NCBI RefSeq assembly: GCF_018350175.1
Contig: NC_058368.1
Location: 78,494,001-78,558,000 of the forward strand
DNA: 64,000 nt
Source of the DNA: Felis catus
Taxonomy: Eukaryota
Reading direction: 5' to 3'
Below the pieces are notes generated by a model. The model ran no database searches, was not told the DNA's origin, and worked only from the letters and a program-made list of their open reading frames with translations. Made by a program: the position numbers and the translations under genes. Of this stretch, positions 14,390-27,772 are shown one piece after another (the stretch's first letter is position 1; the number at the start of each line of letters is the position of its first letter).

Positions 14390-14560
14390 TACATAGTTGC
14401 ACCAGGTTTTCAGGGCTTTACATGCATTAATTCATTTGCTCCCTTAACAAACTTAAAAGGCAGTTGCTATTATTATGCCCATTTTACGGATATGCAAACT
14501 GAGGCTCAGAGTATTTAAGCTCCTTGCACCAGGACACTCTGATTTTCAGTGGCAGAACTG
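14390..14560 (-). mobile_element. MIR
   Basis: attatgcccattttacggatatgcaaactgaggctcagag MIR core. Confidence 0.7.
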
Positions 14561-15591
14561 TGGAACCATAGCGCATGCCCAAGGCCGGTACACTGTAGCC
14601 CCAGCCACATGTTTACAGACCCGCACATTACACACGTTAACCCAGGACATGCACCTGCTCCAGGCACCTCAGGCGTATCATGACGATCAGCGGACCCTTG
14701 TGCCACCTTACTTTCCTTCTGAAGGAAAGTAGGAAATCTCGTGTCACGGCTTTCCTACACCCCACAGTTTATTCGGAAGAGTGTCTGTCCTTTTGGTATA
14801 TTATCCTGGCTGCTTCCTGACCAGTAGTTTCACCTATTTCCCAGTTTAAAATTAATAGTGGTTTGAAGTGTTTCTCAGAGCACCCTGCTTATGGCAGGCT
14901 ATGCCCAGACCTTTTCTCCGACAAGGACAGCAGGCCTGAAGACACAGTAGGACCTGAGATACACAAGTATCCGGGTTGTACACATGCACCAGGGAGTGTC
15001 CACTGAGGGCTGCTGGACTGGCCGCCACCTTGTGCTACCTTCAGCCACGGCAGTGGAAAAGGCAGCTCTGCCTGCAAATCCCAGTTCATCTTGGCCCCCA
15101 GGTTAAAGAATTGGGGGACTCCCCCCTTTCTGTGGACTCCGGGCACTATCTCCCAGCAGGTAAGAGTTCACGAGCCAGGAAAGCGCGACCAAAGACTCCC
15201 ACACCCCGTGTGCTCGGGGTCTCCGGGGGTCCTCTGCCCTGCGTGTTAACCAGTCTGGTGACAATACTCAGGGAAAGACACTAGAGCCAAGTTCCTTATT
15301 CTAGTTGTTCTTGAAATCAGCCCTTGTGGCTTGATGGTCATTTCTTCTTGTTTCTGCTCTGAATTGAATACAATCAAGTGTTCTGAAACCCCAAACACAC
15401 ATTATTATGCATTATTGATGATCTTTTAAAAATGATACTCTAGTCCATTTGTTTTTATCTGCAAGTAAAACAAACTTCAAATTCCCCAAATGTTTTTTTA
15501 CCTATAAAGGTAGAAGGGTGGGCTCTATCATTGTGAAATTAACCTCAGAGTCATTGCATCACCAAAGCTATTGACAATTGTTCCACACTGA

Positions 15592-15614
15592 TTTTTTCTA
15601 ATGTTTATTTATTA

Positions 15615-15659
<45 letters not shown>

Positions 15660-15800
15660 AGGGGCCGAGAGAGAGGGAGACACAGAATCCAAAACAAGTT
15701 CCAGGCCCCGAGGTGTCAGCACAGAGCCCGACCCCATGAACGGTGAGGTCATGACCCGAGCCAAAGTCAGACCCTTCACTGACTGAGCCCCCCCGCTCCC
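15592..15800 (-). mobile_element. Can-SINE
   Basis: (GA)n and reverse head. Confidence 0.85.
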
Positions 15801-16603
15801 CACCATTGTTCCACGTTAAAAACGAAATGATCAGCAAGTCACGAGGTGGCTGGGACTGCATCAGTCAGAGAGAAGGCTGACAACTCGAGCAAGTTAATTA
15901 TTACTTTAGAAGAGTCATTACATTTTGGGGGAGATGTGGGTAGGTCCAACACATAACTGCATGAATCCTTTTTTGAAACTTACTTTTTTGTGACTGATGC
16001 CCTCGTTCCTGACAAAACATTTTGAATTGGCCGATTTTACACTAAATAAATGTCTAAAGGCAAAAAGTCACTGCAAGGTCCCCTCTCAACAGCAATATCC
16101 ATCTCGATGGGGGTAGGGGCAAGGGTGCTTGGAGGCATTCACTGATGGTTTCCTCAGTCTGTGTCCTTCACCGAACCATTAGGTGAAGTGTGGTGAGGAA
16201 GCAAGACTCTGTGTCCCCCCAGTTTCGAATAATCCCAAGTCCAGAGTGGTCTGTCGACAGAGTGACTTCCATCCCACCCAGGTCTGATGCCAATGTCTTT
16301 CTGATGCCCTTCTGATGCCAGTGTCACATGTTAGCACATATTGATGGCATATCAACATTCTGGTCCTCTTCCTGAAGGCCCAGCGTGTGGCCTGCAACCT
16401 GCAAAACTTGCCTTCCACCTGTTCCAAAGGTCACAGAGCTAGAAATTCCTGCCAGAGCCAGGATTTGAGAAGATTTATGCACAGAAATCATATGAGAGCT
16501 TGTTCAATGCGTGGCTAAAACCAAGATCCGCTATTAGGTTTTGGTCTGCACTATCAGTATAAAACAGTGTGAAGAGGGGAGATATGTTGGTGTGGCATAC
16601 TTC

Positions 16604-16828
16604 ATTTTTTTTTTAATTTTTTTTTAACATTTTATTTATTTTTGAGACAGAGAGAGACAGAGCATGAACGGGGGAGGGGCAGAGAGAGAGGGAGACACAG
16701 AATCGGAAGCAGGCTCCAGTCTCTGAGCCATCAGCCCAGAGCCCAACTCGAGGCTCGAACTCATGGACCGCGAGATCGTGACCTGGCAGAAGTCGGACGC
16801 TTAACCGACTGAGCCACCCAGGCGCCCC
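16604..16828 (-). mobile_element. Young Can-SINE
   Basis: TSD gcatacttcatttt. Confidence 0.95.
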
Positions 16829-17609
16829 AAGCATACTTCATTTTTAGAAAAACTAGAGAGGGCGGCAGCGTGATAAAACGTTGTACTAGAAAAGACCAAT
16901 ATGATTAACTACAAGAAAAGTACTTTCTAAGTGACTAGGAGGGGAAGAAACTGCTTACTTTGTAGGGACAGTGGAGTCGAGTTCTTGTACAGGACTTTCA
17001 CTCTGATGTTTGGTTTCCAAACCCTGTGAACCTGTCGAAAATATGGGTTCCAAGAAATAAAGACTGAAACAAAACAAAACAAAACAAAACAAAGCCCCCA
17101 AACAACTGGGCTCTGAAAATGAGTGTTAACGCTTTTGTACATCTGCCAAGATCCTCAATACAACTGCCAAAGTTTTGATGTTCAGAAAAACAGCGGAATT
17201 GCTAACACGCATGCCCCATAAATGACTATTCACTGAATGAATGCTGTAGCTTATATGTGACTGCTTTCCCGGGCTGACTAATATATCAAGCATGGTGCTT
17301 GTTTTGTGCTCTGAAAAACTTTCCCCATTACCATAGTAACCCCCACATGTTGGCGGAAGCTGATGTCATCCAAGGTATTATTCATTCCTAGTGGATTGAT
17401 ACTCCGTGTGCTAATAAGTCCCAGGGAGATAAAAGGAACTGAGTATACACACTGGTTAAACAGTACTTAACCCTTTTACCTCGCACGGTCCTCACAGGCC
17501 CGTGGAAGGGATTACTGTGGAAAATAAAATGCTGCTTGTACTCAGGATGATTCCATAGCAAGGGTCACTGTCAAATTATAGCTCACTTTGCTCAGTAGGT
17601 TGTATCATT

Positions 17610-17985
17610 GTGTCAGTCTGCTTAGGCGGTCCCCACTAAGTATCACACATTGGGTGGTTTAAACAGCAGAAATCGTTTTTTGTTTTGTTTTGTTTTGTTT
17701 TTTGTTTTTACAGTGCCAGTGCTGGAAATTTTGGTTTCTGGTGACACTCTTCGTGTCTTGGAGTTAGCTGCTTTCTGGCTGTGTTCTTTTGTGACAGGGA
17801 GAAGGGTTCTGTTATCTCTTCCTCTTCTTACAGGACATCAGTGCCATTGGACTGGATTCCCACCCCGAAGCCCTCATTTATCCTTAATTTCTCTCTGAAA
17901 GCCCTATCTCTGAATACCATCACCCTGGGTGTTAGGGCTGGAACGTATGAATTAGGAGGATTGGGACACAACTTGTTCCATAGTT
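17610..17985 (-). mobile_element. MLT1-type LTR
   Basis: cacacattgggtggtttaaacagcagaaat...ccctatctctgaataccatcaccctgggtgttaggg. Confidence 0.65.
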
Positions 17986-18675
17986 ATCATCCTTCCTCTT
18001 TTATATTCAAGAACAAAAACCTAAACAGTACATTTCCAGTGGATGTATGGTTTTCATTATTTTATTTGAACAGGAAGACAAGACCGGGTTAATGGATAAT
18101 GAAGACCAAAATAATCGTGACCTGAACCTGAACACTAGCATAGTATCACTGTAAACATACCTCTGTGTCTTTATGTTGTAATGGGGTGTATACTTACATT
18201 AGAACTATTAAAAGTTCATTGCCACTTAAGTATAAGAGCAAAAGGAAAGAACTGCTACATTACATTTTCTTTTGCCCATTAATAGAAATTTGAACATTCT
18301 CCTCCATGAGTCCCAACTTTAATTTACTTTTACACTTGGATTCGCTTTCACATTGGAAATATTTGCTGTAGTTGTTCACAGGAACTCTAGGAGCCAGAAA
18401 CCGGATTAACTTTTCCACTAAGAATGTGCACAGACCCCATCACGAGTACATGCCAGGTAATGAAGACCTGGTTTAAAGTATGCTGTAGGCAGGGCACGGA
18501 CAACTTGTGAGGGGCTCCCACCTCACCAGGTCATTCAGTGTTTACACATTCGGTAGGTGGGCAATAACTTTCTAGAAAGGGAAGGACGATGTGTGAGAAA
18601 TGGAGGCTATAACTAGAGGTGAATTTCAGGAACAAGCGTTGCCTAGGTCTGAAGGAAAGAACAAACAATAGAGCT

Positions 18676-18990
18676 TGCTATGGTCTGAGTGTTTGTGTCC
18701 CCCCACCCCCAAATCCATCTGTTGGAGACCTAGTGACCAATGTGATGGTAGTAGGAGGTGGGTTGGGAGATAATTATGTGAGGGCAAGGCTTTCAGGAAT
18801 GAGATTAATGCCCTTATAAAAGAGATCCCACAGAGCTACATAAGGACATGGTGAGAAGAGGGCCCTCATCCCACCACGCTGGCATCCTGATCTCAGACTC
18901 CTAGCCTCCAGAAATAGGAGAAATACACCTCTGCCGTTTCTAAGTCCCCTAGTCTGGGATAGTTTGTTCTACAAGAGTAACTAAGATTGA
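18676..18990 (+). mobile_element. MLT1A-type LTR
   Basis: tgctatggtctgagtgtttgtgtcccc...gcccttataaaagagatccc...tagtttgttctac. Confidence 0.75.
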
Positions 18991-19199
18991 GACTAATGAG
19001 GCTACAGAGGCTGGAGGAGCCATGTCTACAGGGACTTACTTCATGTGCTAAGATAAGGAGCTGACCTGGATTCTACCAGAAGCCAAACAGGGAAGAGGTG
19101 TGTGTTGAGGGATGTGGCCTGACAAAATTTCATTTTGGAAAAATAACTCTGATAGAAAATTAAAGGACCCTGGCCCTCCCTCTTCATGGCTGAGCCCTT

Positions 19200-20300
19200 C
19201 ATGCTACTTAGATCATATCTTAAATACTGTCTCTTTAGAGATGTTTCCGTCTCCATACAACCTTAAGTTCTTGGCATAGAATTTGCCGCTAACTGATATT
19301 TGACTTGTTGGTTGTTAGTTTCTTTGTTTTGTTTGTTTGGGGGACTCCAGTCTCCCCCATCTAAAATGAAAGCTCCACAGGAGGAGGTCTGCGTCTGCCT
19401 GACCATTGCTGAGAATAGAGTTTGGCACATACCAGGCAGTCAATAAGTATCTGTTGAATGAAGGAATGAGTGAACATGGACAGGACTGTGGACCGGAAGG
19501 CCACGAAAAACCAATGGCAGTAATCTAAGCAAAGAGTAAGAAAATCCTGAATGAAGCTCATAGTATGGAGGGTGAATGGGAATATACAGATTTGAGAAAC
19601 ATTTAAGACGCAGGTTCAACCGGATTTATTGACTCATCAAATATGGACAACGGCTCTGGATTTTGGCATGAGAATGGTGCCTTCTTGGGCATAGAGGACC
19701 ACTTGGGGTCGATGGGACAGAAATGGCAGAGGTTGAAGACACAATTTCTGTTTGGGGCAATCTGCTTGTTTCGAGCAACGGTATCTAAGGGAAAATGACT
19801 CTCTGACTTTGGAAACAGTGAGACAGCACAAGGAATAAATTCAATAGAAGGCTAAGAGTGGACCCTGCCAAATTGGCATCCTTTGGGTTGAACAGGAAGA
19901 GAGAAGCCCGTGAATATGGGGGGAAGACAGAGAAGCAGAAGGTGAACTAAGTGAGGGGATGGTTACCAAGACCCAGGAGGAAGACTCTTTCAGGAAGGAG
20001 GAAGGGATCTAGTCACAGGGGCAATTGGGGGTCACACAGAATAAACAGAAAAGTGCCGTCTTGGATTTGACAATGTACAGATTATTGGTGGCCATAGAAA
20101 GTGTGGCTCTAACAAGTGTTGGAGATGGGCACCATATTTCAATGGTGTGAGGAGAGGACAGAAAATGAGATGGGGAGATACACAGAGTTACGCCATGAAG
20201 AGGAAAAATGGCAGGGAGTAATAACAACTCAGTAGTGTTGGCCAGTGATGGGAGGACAGTTTCCTGGGACAGATTTGAGTGTATTCAAAACCAGTGGAGG
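19200..20300. mobile_element. L2 fragments
   Basis: gcacataccaggcagtcaataagtatctgttgaatgaaggaatga L2 terminus plus internal motifs. Confidence 0.6.
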
Positions 20301-20469
20301 AAAGAAGTAAAAGCTACAGGAGACAGAGACCGTTGTGGAGTTCGGTCCCAGAGAAGGCAGGGAGTCTTGGTGGAGAAGCAGGTGTTGGTCTTGGAAAGAC
20401 ACGGGAAGGCATGATAGGAGCACACACAAGAGACATCCGTCAGACCTCACCCTCTGGACTCCCTGTCAG

Positions 20470-21840
20470 TTGCACATAGGCTAAAATTATATACGGGGGG
20501 TGGTGGTGAAATTCTGGTTACAGTTAAGAAAGAGTGACAAGGGACTGGGTCTACCTTCTCACATGAGACAACTAGCAACAGGACGAAATATTTGAAACAA
20601 TAGTTTTCAAGAATCTGGGCATCAGACAATGAAGGAGAGTGATCCCGGCTAGACAGGAATAAGGGGAGCCCTGGGAATACTGCGGTGCAGGCAGAGGACA
20701 AAGAGGCATGACGCAGAGCCTGGCAGACTCTTTGGCTAGACAAGATGGAAGGGAAGAGTCAAGGTTGAGAGTGAGGGCAAATTTCCCATGGGAGACTGCT
20801 GGAGAAGGGAACGCGTGGAGAGCTGTGTTCTGCAAACACGTGTCAGGTGCCCACTCATGGTCCTGAAGAGCACTGAAGACCACACGGTCACTGGCAGGGA
20901 ATTGTTGGGCAGGGAAAGGAGTACTTGAAAGAATCAGGGGGAACTCTACTCGAAGCTGACACAAGCTGGGGCTGGTGGCTGTGTCCACAGGGCAAACTGA
21001 AGCGTTGGGTCTCACGAGTGGAGAATAGTTAGACTAAACACTGCTCTGCCTCCCCTACCAAATCTTAAAAGCAAGACATAAGAAGACCAAACTGGCTCTA
21101 AGTAACAAAACCGCGTGTCGGAACAAATACCGAAAATATTTAGAGGAATGAAGCGATGTCCAACATGCAGAAGGTAACGTTCATGATATGTGGCATTCAA
21201 TAAAAAATGATCAGGCTTGCAAAGAAGCAGGGAAATTCTATCCATAATGAGGAGAAAAGTGAAGCCAGAACTGAAAGGGATGTCAAATCAGAAAGCAGTG
21301 CCATTAAACAGGTATTATAACGGTATTCCGTGTATTCCAGAGCTATGGGGAAGATGCACCAATATAAAAATATTTGAATTTAACTCTCAGAAGTAAAAAC
21401 TAACAGTGTCTGATGTGGAAAATATATTGGGTGACTTTAATGACAGATTAAAAAACTGCAGAAGGAAGGGGGCTCCTGGGTGGCTCAGTCAGTTAAGTGT
21501 CCAATTTCAGCTCAGGTCATGATCTCACAGTTCGTGGGTTCGAGCCCTGCATCGAGCTCTGTGCTGACAGCTCGGAGCCTGGAGCCTGCTTCAGATTCTG
21601 TGTCTCCCTCTCTCTGCTTCTCCCCTGCTCAGGCTCTCTCTCTCTCTCTCCCTCTCTCTCTCTCTCAAAAATAAATAAACATTAAAAAAAAACCTGCAGA
21701 AGGAAAGATCATTGAACTTGTAGACATGACAATGGAAACTACTGAAAATAAAACATGGAGATAGAGCCAAAAGGCCCCAGATGCTGAGAGCGTCAGTGAG
21801 CTGTGACACATGGTCACTTGGCCTAATAATATGTAAGTTA
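20470..21840 (+). mobile_element. Old L1 5'/ORF1-region fragment containing a Can-SINE (21468-21691)
   Basis: L1M-like motifs (aaacaatagttttcaagaatctgggcatcagacaatg); SINE TSD aaa(a/c)ctgcagaaggaa. Confidence 0.6.
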
Positions 21841-22399
21841 CTAGGATCCTTTGTTACTCAGAGCCAGTCAGCTCCTGTGACTTTTTTTTCAGTATCATAT
21901 CGGAGGTTCCAGCCCTTTGAAGAAGGAATAAAAGAGAAATGTAATGCATCTAGGTTAGAAACAAGTTAAGTTTGATGTTCCTAAGTCTTCCTTCTGAGAT
22001 TCGGCGGGAAAGGGCAGAGCAGCGTTTAGTCTAGGGCTAACTATTCTCCAGTCCTGAGATTTCCAGATGACATGATCGTCTATATCAACGATCACCTGGG
22101 AATACACAATAAACGTTTAAATGTGTGGTCGCTATAATCAATTATACTTCAATAAGGCTGTGGAAAATGTCAGTCGTTGGAATGTTTTCCCCTTCATTAA
22201 GGCTTAGGTTTTGATCTTGACTCTTATTCCTTCCCAAAAAACCTGTTTAAGTAAAGAGAATAGGTCTTTCCCGTATTCCCAGGGACCGATGAGGCAGGAT
22301 TAGGAAATGTTTCTGGAGTTCTAGGCATGGAGAAAAGGAGTCCTTAATTTTCAAGGACAGAAGCTGCTTCAGGACCATGGAGTAAATGGGAGGAAATGT

Positions 22400-23000
22400 C
22401 TGTAGGTTATCAACACATGTGTTCATTAAAAAAATAATGAACCTACAACAATGAACACTAGTCACAGAGGACACAGAAATGAACAAGAGACCATGTTCCT
22501 GCTTCCGGAGAGCTTCCTTTCCATTTCAGGGGGCAGAATTCCAAGTTAAAATGAAATACGCCAGGGGAGGACACTCACCTTGAGAAAATAAAGGAGGAAA
22601 GAGGGGAAAGGTTGTCTAGTGGGGCATGGGAAGGGCTCTCTGGCGAGGTGGCATTTGGAAAGAGACCCAAGGAACTGAACAGATGAACCACATGCCTACG
22701 GGGGAGGCAGAGGGAAGAACTTGCAGACTTTGTGGAGCCCAGAAAAGGAGGGGAGGTGTGGGAGGTGAGGATAAGGGCAAAGACCATTCAGTTCTTGGAA
22801 ATGGATAGGAAGCCTCGGAGGGATTTCAGGAAAGGGGAAATGAGACCCAACTTGGATTTTAAAAGGATCGTTCTAGCTGCTATGTGAAAATGGACTGTGA
22901 TGGGGGTAAGAGTAGCAGAGATGGTAATGTGGAGGTCACTCAAGGTGAGACCAGAGGATGATATAAAACAGCAATGAACAAATGGGTCATAAGGAGATAT
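22400..23000. mobile_element. L2 fragment
   Basis: ttttaaaaggatcgttctagctgctatgtg and similar L2 motifs. Confidence 0.55.
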
Positions 23001-23519
23001 TTTGAGGCTCTCACCACCAAACAAAGGTAGAATCGTATATTGGTATTTTCATTCTCATGGGGGACAACATTATTCTGATTAAACCTGGTATCAGATTACC
23101 CAAGGCACTTACTTTGCAGCGTCAGAGAACAGGCAATGGCGAACAGAGCAGTCTTGAGGGATTAGCTCCCTACGTGTCACCAGTTAAGTCTCTAAACGAC
23201 CATTCACAGAAAACAACAAATCCACACAGCTTGCACCAAACATGAGCATGTATTCATTTTGTGAAATAAATCCTCTACGTGTGGGGTTTAACAGCCACGT
23301 AAGAATCGGTTTTAAAGGGAAAATAGGAATATCGTTGCATGCCTGAGATACCTAAAGCTTCTTCCTTACTGTTCCCACCTGCCCTGCCCTGCTTCTCCCC
23401 TGGGAGCTGTGAGTCCTTTAAGCAAGGATCCTTCCTTCAGGCTCTACTTCTTGAGAGCCCGTCCTGAGACAGTAAACACACAGCCAGCTTTACCAGGGGC
23501 TTAGAGATCTGATCGCCTA

Positions 23520-23899
23520 AGAAAGCAAGCACTGCTTTTTATTGTTTGGCATACGGATGAACAAAGAAGACGAAAATCGCGTCAGCCCCGGCACCCGCGC
23601 GTAGGCATATTGACGTGTCTTAGACACGCCATTTCCACGTGTAACAGCGCGTATGTTACGAAATTCAACACCAGCTTTGCTATTCCGCACTTGCTTATCC
23701 GCGGAACAACAAGGCTCAGAGGCCCTCGTCTGCCATCACGCTTTCTTCTAAAGCTTCGTTGATGAGGGCTGCATAGAATTCTATGATTTGGGTGATGGAA
23801 GTAACAATTGGGGTCACTCTACTTTCTGAGCTGTAGGTAAGATTGGCTCCGCGTCCCCATATATCTATGGTAGAAAGTTCACTGCCCTCAGCGGGATTT
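23520..23899 (-). pseudogene. Terminal exon of the relic gene (stop 23716-23718, AATAAA 23538-23543)
   Basis: catttacag acceptor; open frame NPAEGSELSTIDIW...QIIEFYAALINEALEESVMADEGL*; EFYAALINE resembles CACHD1 tail RFIAAVIER; polyA signal downstream. Confidence 0.65.
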
Positions 23900-24221
23900 C
23901 TGTAAATGAGGAGCGGTGTCATTTTCTCACCATTAATCCTGACTCTATGTGCAGGCTTCCATTCAATTATTTTCTCTCTGCAACCTCCGCACTGTCTCTC
24001 CTAAGGTCGCCTTGTCGGCACCACATTGACCCAAATATGAATTCCAGGGATTCTCCTTAATAGAAACATCGCAGAAGGCGTTTGTGTGTGTGTGACTGAA
24101 GATTTGGGGGGGAGGGGAGGTGGGGGTCCCCCTTGCTGCAGTGAAGACACCCTGATGCTCCCTGAAGACATCATTGTTCTTCAGACATGTCTCGGTTGAG
24201 GAATTTTCAGTTGATACTTAC

Positions 24222-24384
24222 TTTCTCGGCAAATTTCTCTTCCTTCCCCCTCTCCTCCATGTCTGCCCCTTTTCTCTCCAGAGCAAACCTGAGTTTCTCC
24301 TTTTTATTTCGGGACACATTTCATCTTGTGGCAGTGCCTTTGCTGCTGAGCTGAGCTGAGCCACTTTCTTTGAACATTCTCTGA
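24222..24384 (-). pseudogene. Probable penultimate exon of the relic gene, open frame
   Basis: tcttctaag acceptor, AAA|gtaagt donor; 163 bp open frame; phase-2 end matches the start of the last exon; no clear homology. Confidence 0.5.
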
Positions 24385-24791
24385 CTTAGAAGAGAATCCT
24401 TCCATTTTCCCTTCTCATTTAGCAGAGGGGGTGGTTTTTCCATTTACATAATTCTTGCAATGTCGAATGTTTAAACTGCATCCACTTTTTTTTTTCTTTT
24501 GCCAATACAAGTAACTCTATGATAAACATCTTTGTGGCTAAATCTGCGTCTACATTTTGTGTCTTCTTATTCTAGACACCGAGAACGAGAATTTCTATAT
24601 AAAATGTATGAACACACACTTGTTGGCAGCCTGCTTTCTAGAAAAGTTATACCGCTTTGTACCTCCACTAGGAGCCTACGTGAAGAAACCTGTCTTCTTC
24701 TGGATGTTCTAATTCGATTTAATTTCTACGTCTCTGATATTTGAAAGCATAATCTCTTTCTAATTGGTGTTCCTTCTTTGTTTGCCTGTTG

Positions 24792-24995
24792 TTTTTTTTA
24801 ATGTTTGTTTATTTTTGAGAGAGAGACAGCATGAGAGGGGAGGGGCAGGGAGAGAGGGAGACACAGAATCTGAAGCAGGCTCCAGGCTCCAAGCTGTCAG
24901 CACAGAGCCCAACGCGGGGCTCGAACCCACGAATCACGAGATCGTGACCTGAGCCGAAGTCAGACGCTTGACCAGCTGAGCCACCCAGGCGCCCC
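24792..24995 (-). mobile_element. Can-SINE
   Basis: Reverse head ccacccaggcgcccc and T-rich tail. Confidence 0.9.
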
Positions 24996-25299
24996 AACTG
25001 GTGTTTCTTTAACTGCGGCGATGCTTGAATACTTTCCCCCCATATGTTTGGTGGAAATATGCATTTCTTCTTTTCTGAACTGCCCTTCTGTCTCCTGGGA
25101 GCTCAGCTGTTGAATTTAATTATTTTCTTTTTCATTTTTAAGAGTTCTTTGCATATTTAGGCCACTAACAAGCTGTCCGTGAACTGTTCTATTTTTTCCA
25201 TCTGTTATGCGTCCTTCAGTGTCTGAGCCTGCAGATGTGTAAGGTTTAAGGGCTAGCGTGAGGACTCATAGTTTCCTTCATGCCTTCTGACTTCGTGGT

Positions 25300-26085
25300 G
25301 TGGTCTGTGGTCTCCGAGGCGGCCCACGTTCCCCACCCCCTGGCCCCTGTGTGAGGCCCTCCTGTTGCGTGCGGGCTGGACGTACTGCCTTGCCTGTGAT
25401 GTCATTTCCAGGATTTCATGACAAAAGGGCTGTGGCTTCTGTCCTCAGCGCTCGCTCTGTCTCTCTCTCCCCCTCCCTCCCTCCGTCTCGGGAGAACCCA
25501 GGAGGCAGCTCTGTGGAGATGTCCACGTGAGCGAGCTGGAAGTAATCCTTCCCAAAGGACCGTGGTGATGCCTGGAATTCGGCTGACATTCTGAGTGAAC
25601 AGGAGTCAGAACCACCTGACTAAGCCACCGGGGCTCCCACAGAAACTGAGACGACCCGTGTCTGTTGTTTCAAGCTGCCAGTTTGGAGTAACTGGCTGTG
25701 TATCAGTAGATAAAAACAGTGGTTGCCTGACAAATCCATAGGCTCAACCTGTTTTGGAACCCACCCATAATTCAGCCTAGTTCTCTTCTACTCCAGAGCA
25801 CAGGGGGATTATTCGCACCACCGGGTCCTAAATCTCCTTACCCTGCCCATTCTGCTCCTTCCGGCAGGAATCACAATACAGGCGCCAGCCTATGTTTTCC
25901 CCTCATTGCTTCTGCCTTCTGGCCGACCCTGGTGCTTCCCCATGGGGCCCTGTGTGCATTGCACGGCCTGGTATGCCCCTTCCTCCTGGGCTCTGAGAGT
26001 ATAATAACTCATCTCTTCAATGAGTCATCTCCGGACCTATTGGCCACACGATGCCTGAATAATAGCAACACCTGTGTTTTAAAAC
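25300..26085 (+). mobile_element. MLT1-type LTR (25300-25715) followed by ERVL-like LTR fragment
   Basis: ccacagaaactgag...ctgttgtttcaagctgccagtttggagtaa...gtagataa MLT1 end. Confidence 0.55.
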
Positions 26086-26098
26086 TCACATATGTGTT

Positions 26099-26326
26099 GG
26101 GGCGCCTGGGTGGCGCAGTCGGTTAAGCATCCGACTTCAGCCAGGTCACGATCTCGCGGCCCGTGAGTTCGAGCCCTGCGTCAGGCTCTGGGCTGATGGC
26201 TCAGAGCCTGGAGCCTGTTTCCGATTCTGTGTCTCCCTCTCTCTCTGCCCCTCCCCCGTTCATGCTCTGTCTCTCTCTGTCCCCAAAATAAATAAACGTT
26301 GAAAAAAAAATGTTTTAATAAAATAA
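26099..26326 (+). mobile_element. Young SINEC_Fc-like Can-SINE
   Basis: TSD aaaactcacatatgtgt. Confidence 0.95.
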
Positions 26327-26416
26327 AACTCACATATGTGTATGTAAGTATGCATGTATATATATAGTTACTCTGCTACCTATATGTGCATATGTATGCA
26401 TGTGTATATATGTACG

Positions 26417-26933
26417 CACATATGCATATATACATATATGCAGTCACATATCCACAGTGCGCATATGCATATATACATCTATGCAGTCACATATCCACAG
26501 TGTGCGTATGCATATATACATCTATGCAGTCACATATCCGCAGTGCCCGTATGCATATATACATATATGCAGTCACATATCCACAGTGCGCGTATGCATA
26601 GATACATATATGCATTCACATATCTACAGTGCACATATGCATATATACATTCATAAGTCATATATCCACAGTAGCTGTATGCATATATACATATATGCAG
26701 TCACATATCCGCAGTGCCCGTATGCATATATACGTATATGCAGTCACATATCCACAGTGCGCGTATGCATAGATACATATATGCATTCACATATCTACAG
26801 TGCACGTATGCATATATACATTTATACAGTCATATATCCACAGTGCCCGTATGCATATATACATATATGCGGTCACATATCCAGTGCCTGTATGCATATT
26901 TACATACATGCAGTCACATATCCACAGTGCGTA
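26417..26933 (+). repeat. 43-bp minisatellite, about 12 copies
   Basis: Unit tatgcatatatacatatatgcagtcacatatccacagtgcgcg; cagtcac recurs at 26441, 26484, 26527, 26570. Confidence 0.9.
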
Positions 26934-27009
26934 TATAAAATGGATATAGTTGATCTTTCTTTTAATAAAATTATTCTGTTAAGGTTATTTTGGACAAGGA
27001 ATTATACTA

Positions 27010-27101
27010 TCCTTTTTTGTATCCTCAGTGTCTGTTATGCTAACTAATTGGATGAACTGGGGGAAGAAAAGACAGTTCGGCAGTATGTGGCATTCCTTTC
27101 T
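27010..27101 (-). pseudogene. CACHD1-like cysteine-rich exon, 3' part beyond SINE cluster
   Basis: RKECHILPNCLF resembles SGDCFGVLDCEW; the frame continues across the SINE target-site duplication. Confidence 0.6.
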
Positions 27102-27102
27102 C

Positions 27103-27771
27103 TTTTTTTAAAGTTTAAAAAAAAATTTTAATGTTTATTTATTTTTGACACACAGAGAGAAGCAGCATGAGCAGGGCAGGGGCAGAGAGGGAGACATAGA
27201 ATCCGAAACAGGATCCAGCCTCTGAGCGGTCAGCACAGAGCCCGACGCGGGGCTCGAACCCACCAACTGCAAGATCACGACCTGAGCCAAAGTTGGATGC
27301 TCAACTGACTGAGCCACCAGGCACCCCATCTTTTGTTTTTTAATTTTTTTTCAACGTTTATTTATTTTTGGGACAGAGGGAGACAGAGCATGAACGGGGG
27401 AGGGGCAGAGAGAAAGGGAGACACAGAATCGGAAACAGGCTCCAGGCTCTGAGCCATCAGCCCAGAGCCCGACGCGGGGCTCGAACTCACGGACCGCGAG
27501 ATCATGACCTGGCTGAAGTCGGACGCTTAACTGACTGCGCCACCCAGGCGCCCCTGTTTTTTAATTTTTTTAATGTTTATTTATTTTGAGACAGGGAGAG
27601 AGAGGGGGGGGGGGTGCAGAGACAGAAAGAGAGACAGAACCCAAAGCAGACCCTAGGCTCTGAGCTGTCAGCACAGAACCTGATGTGGGCCTTAAACTCA
27701 TGGACCGGACCACAAGATCATGACCTGACCTGAAGTCTGACGCTCAACCGACTGAGCCACCCAGGCGCCCC
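27103..27771 (-). mobile_element. Three tandem Can-SINEs inserted in a pseudogene exon
   Basis: Three reverse heads ending at 27327, 27554 and 27771; outer TSD gt(g/a)gc(a/g)ttcctttct. Confidence 0.9.
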
Positions 27772-27772
27772 T

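Noticed and set aside
26354..27047. 215-aa ORF and CRISPR-like regular repeat
   Set aside because: A head-to-tail 43-bp minisatellite with no unique spacers in a mammalian genome; the ORF is a repeat translation.
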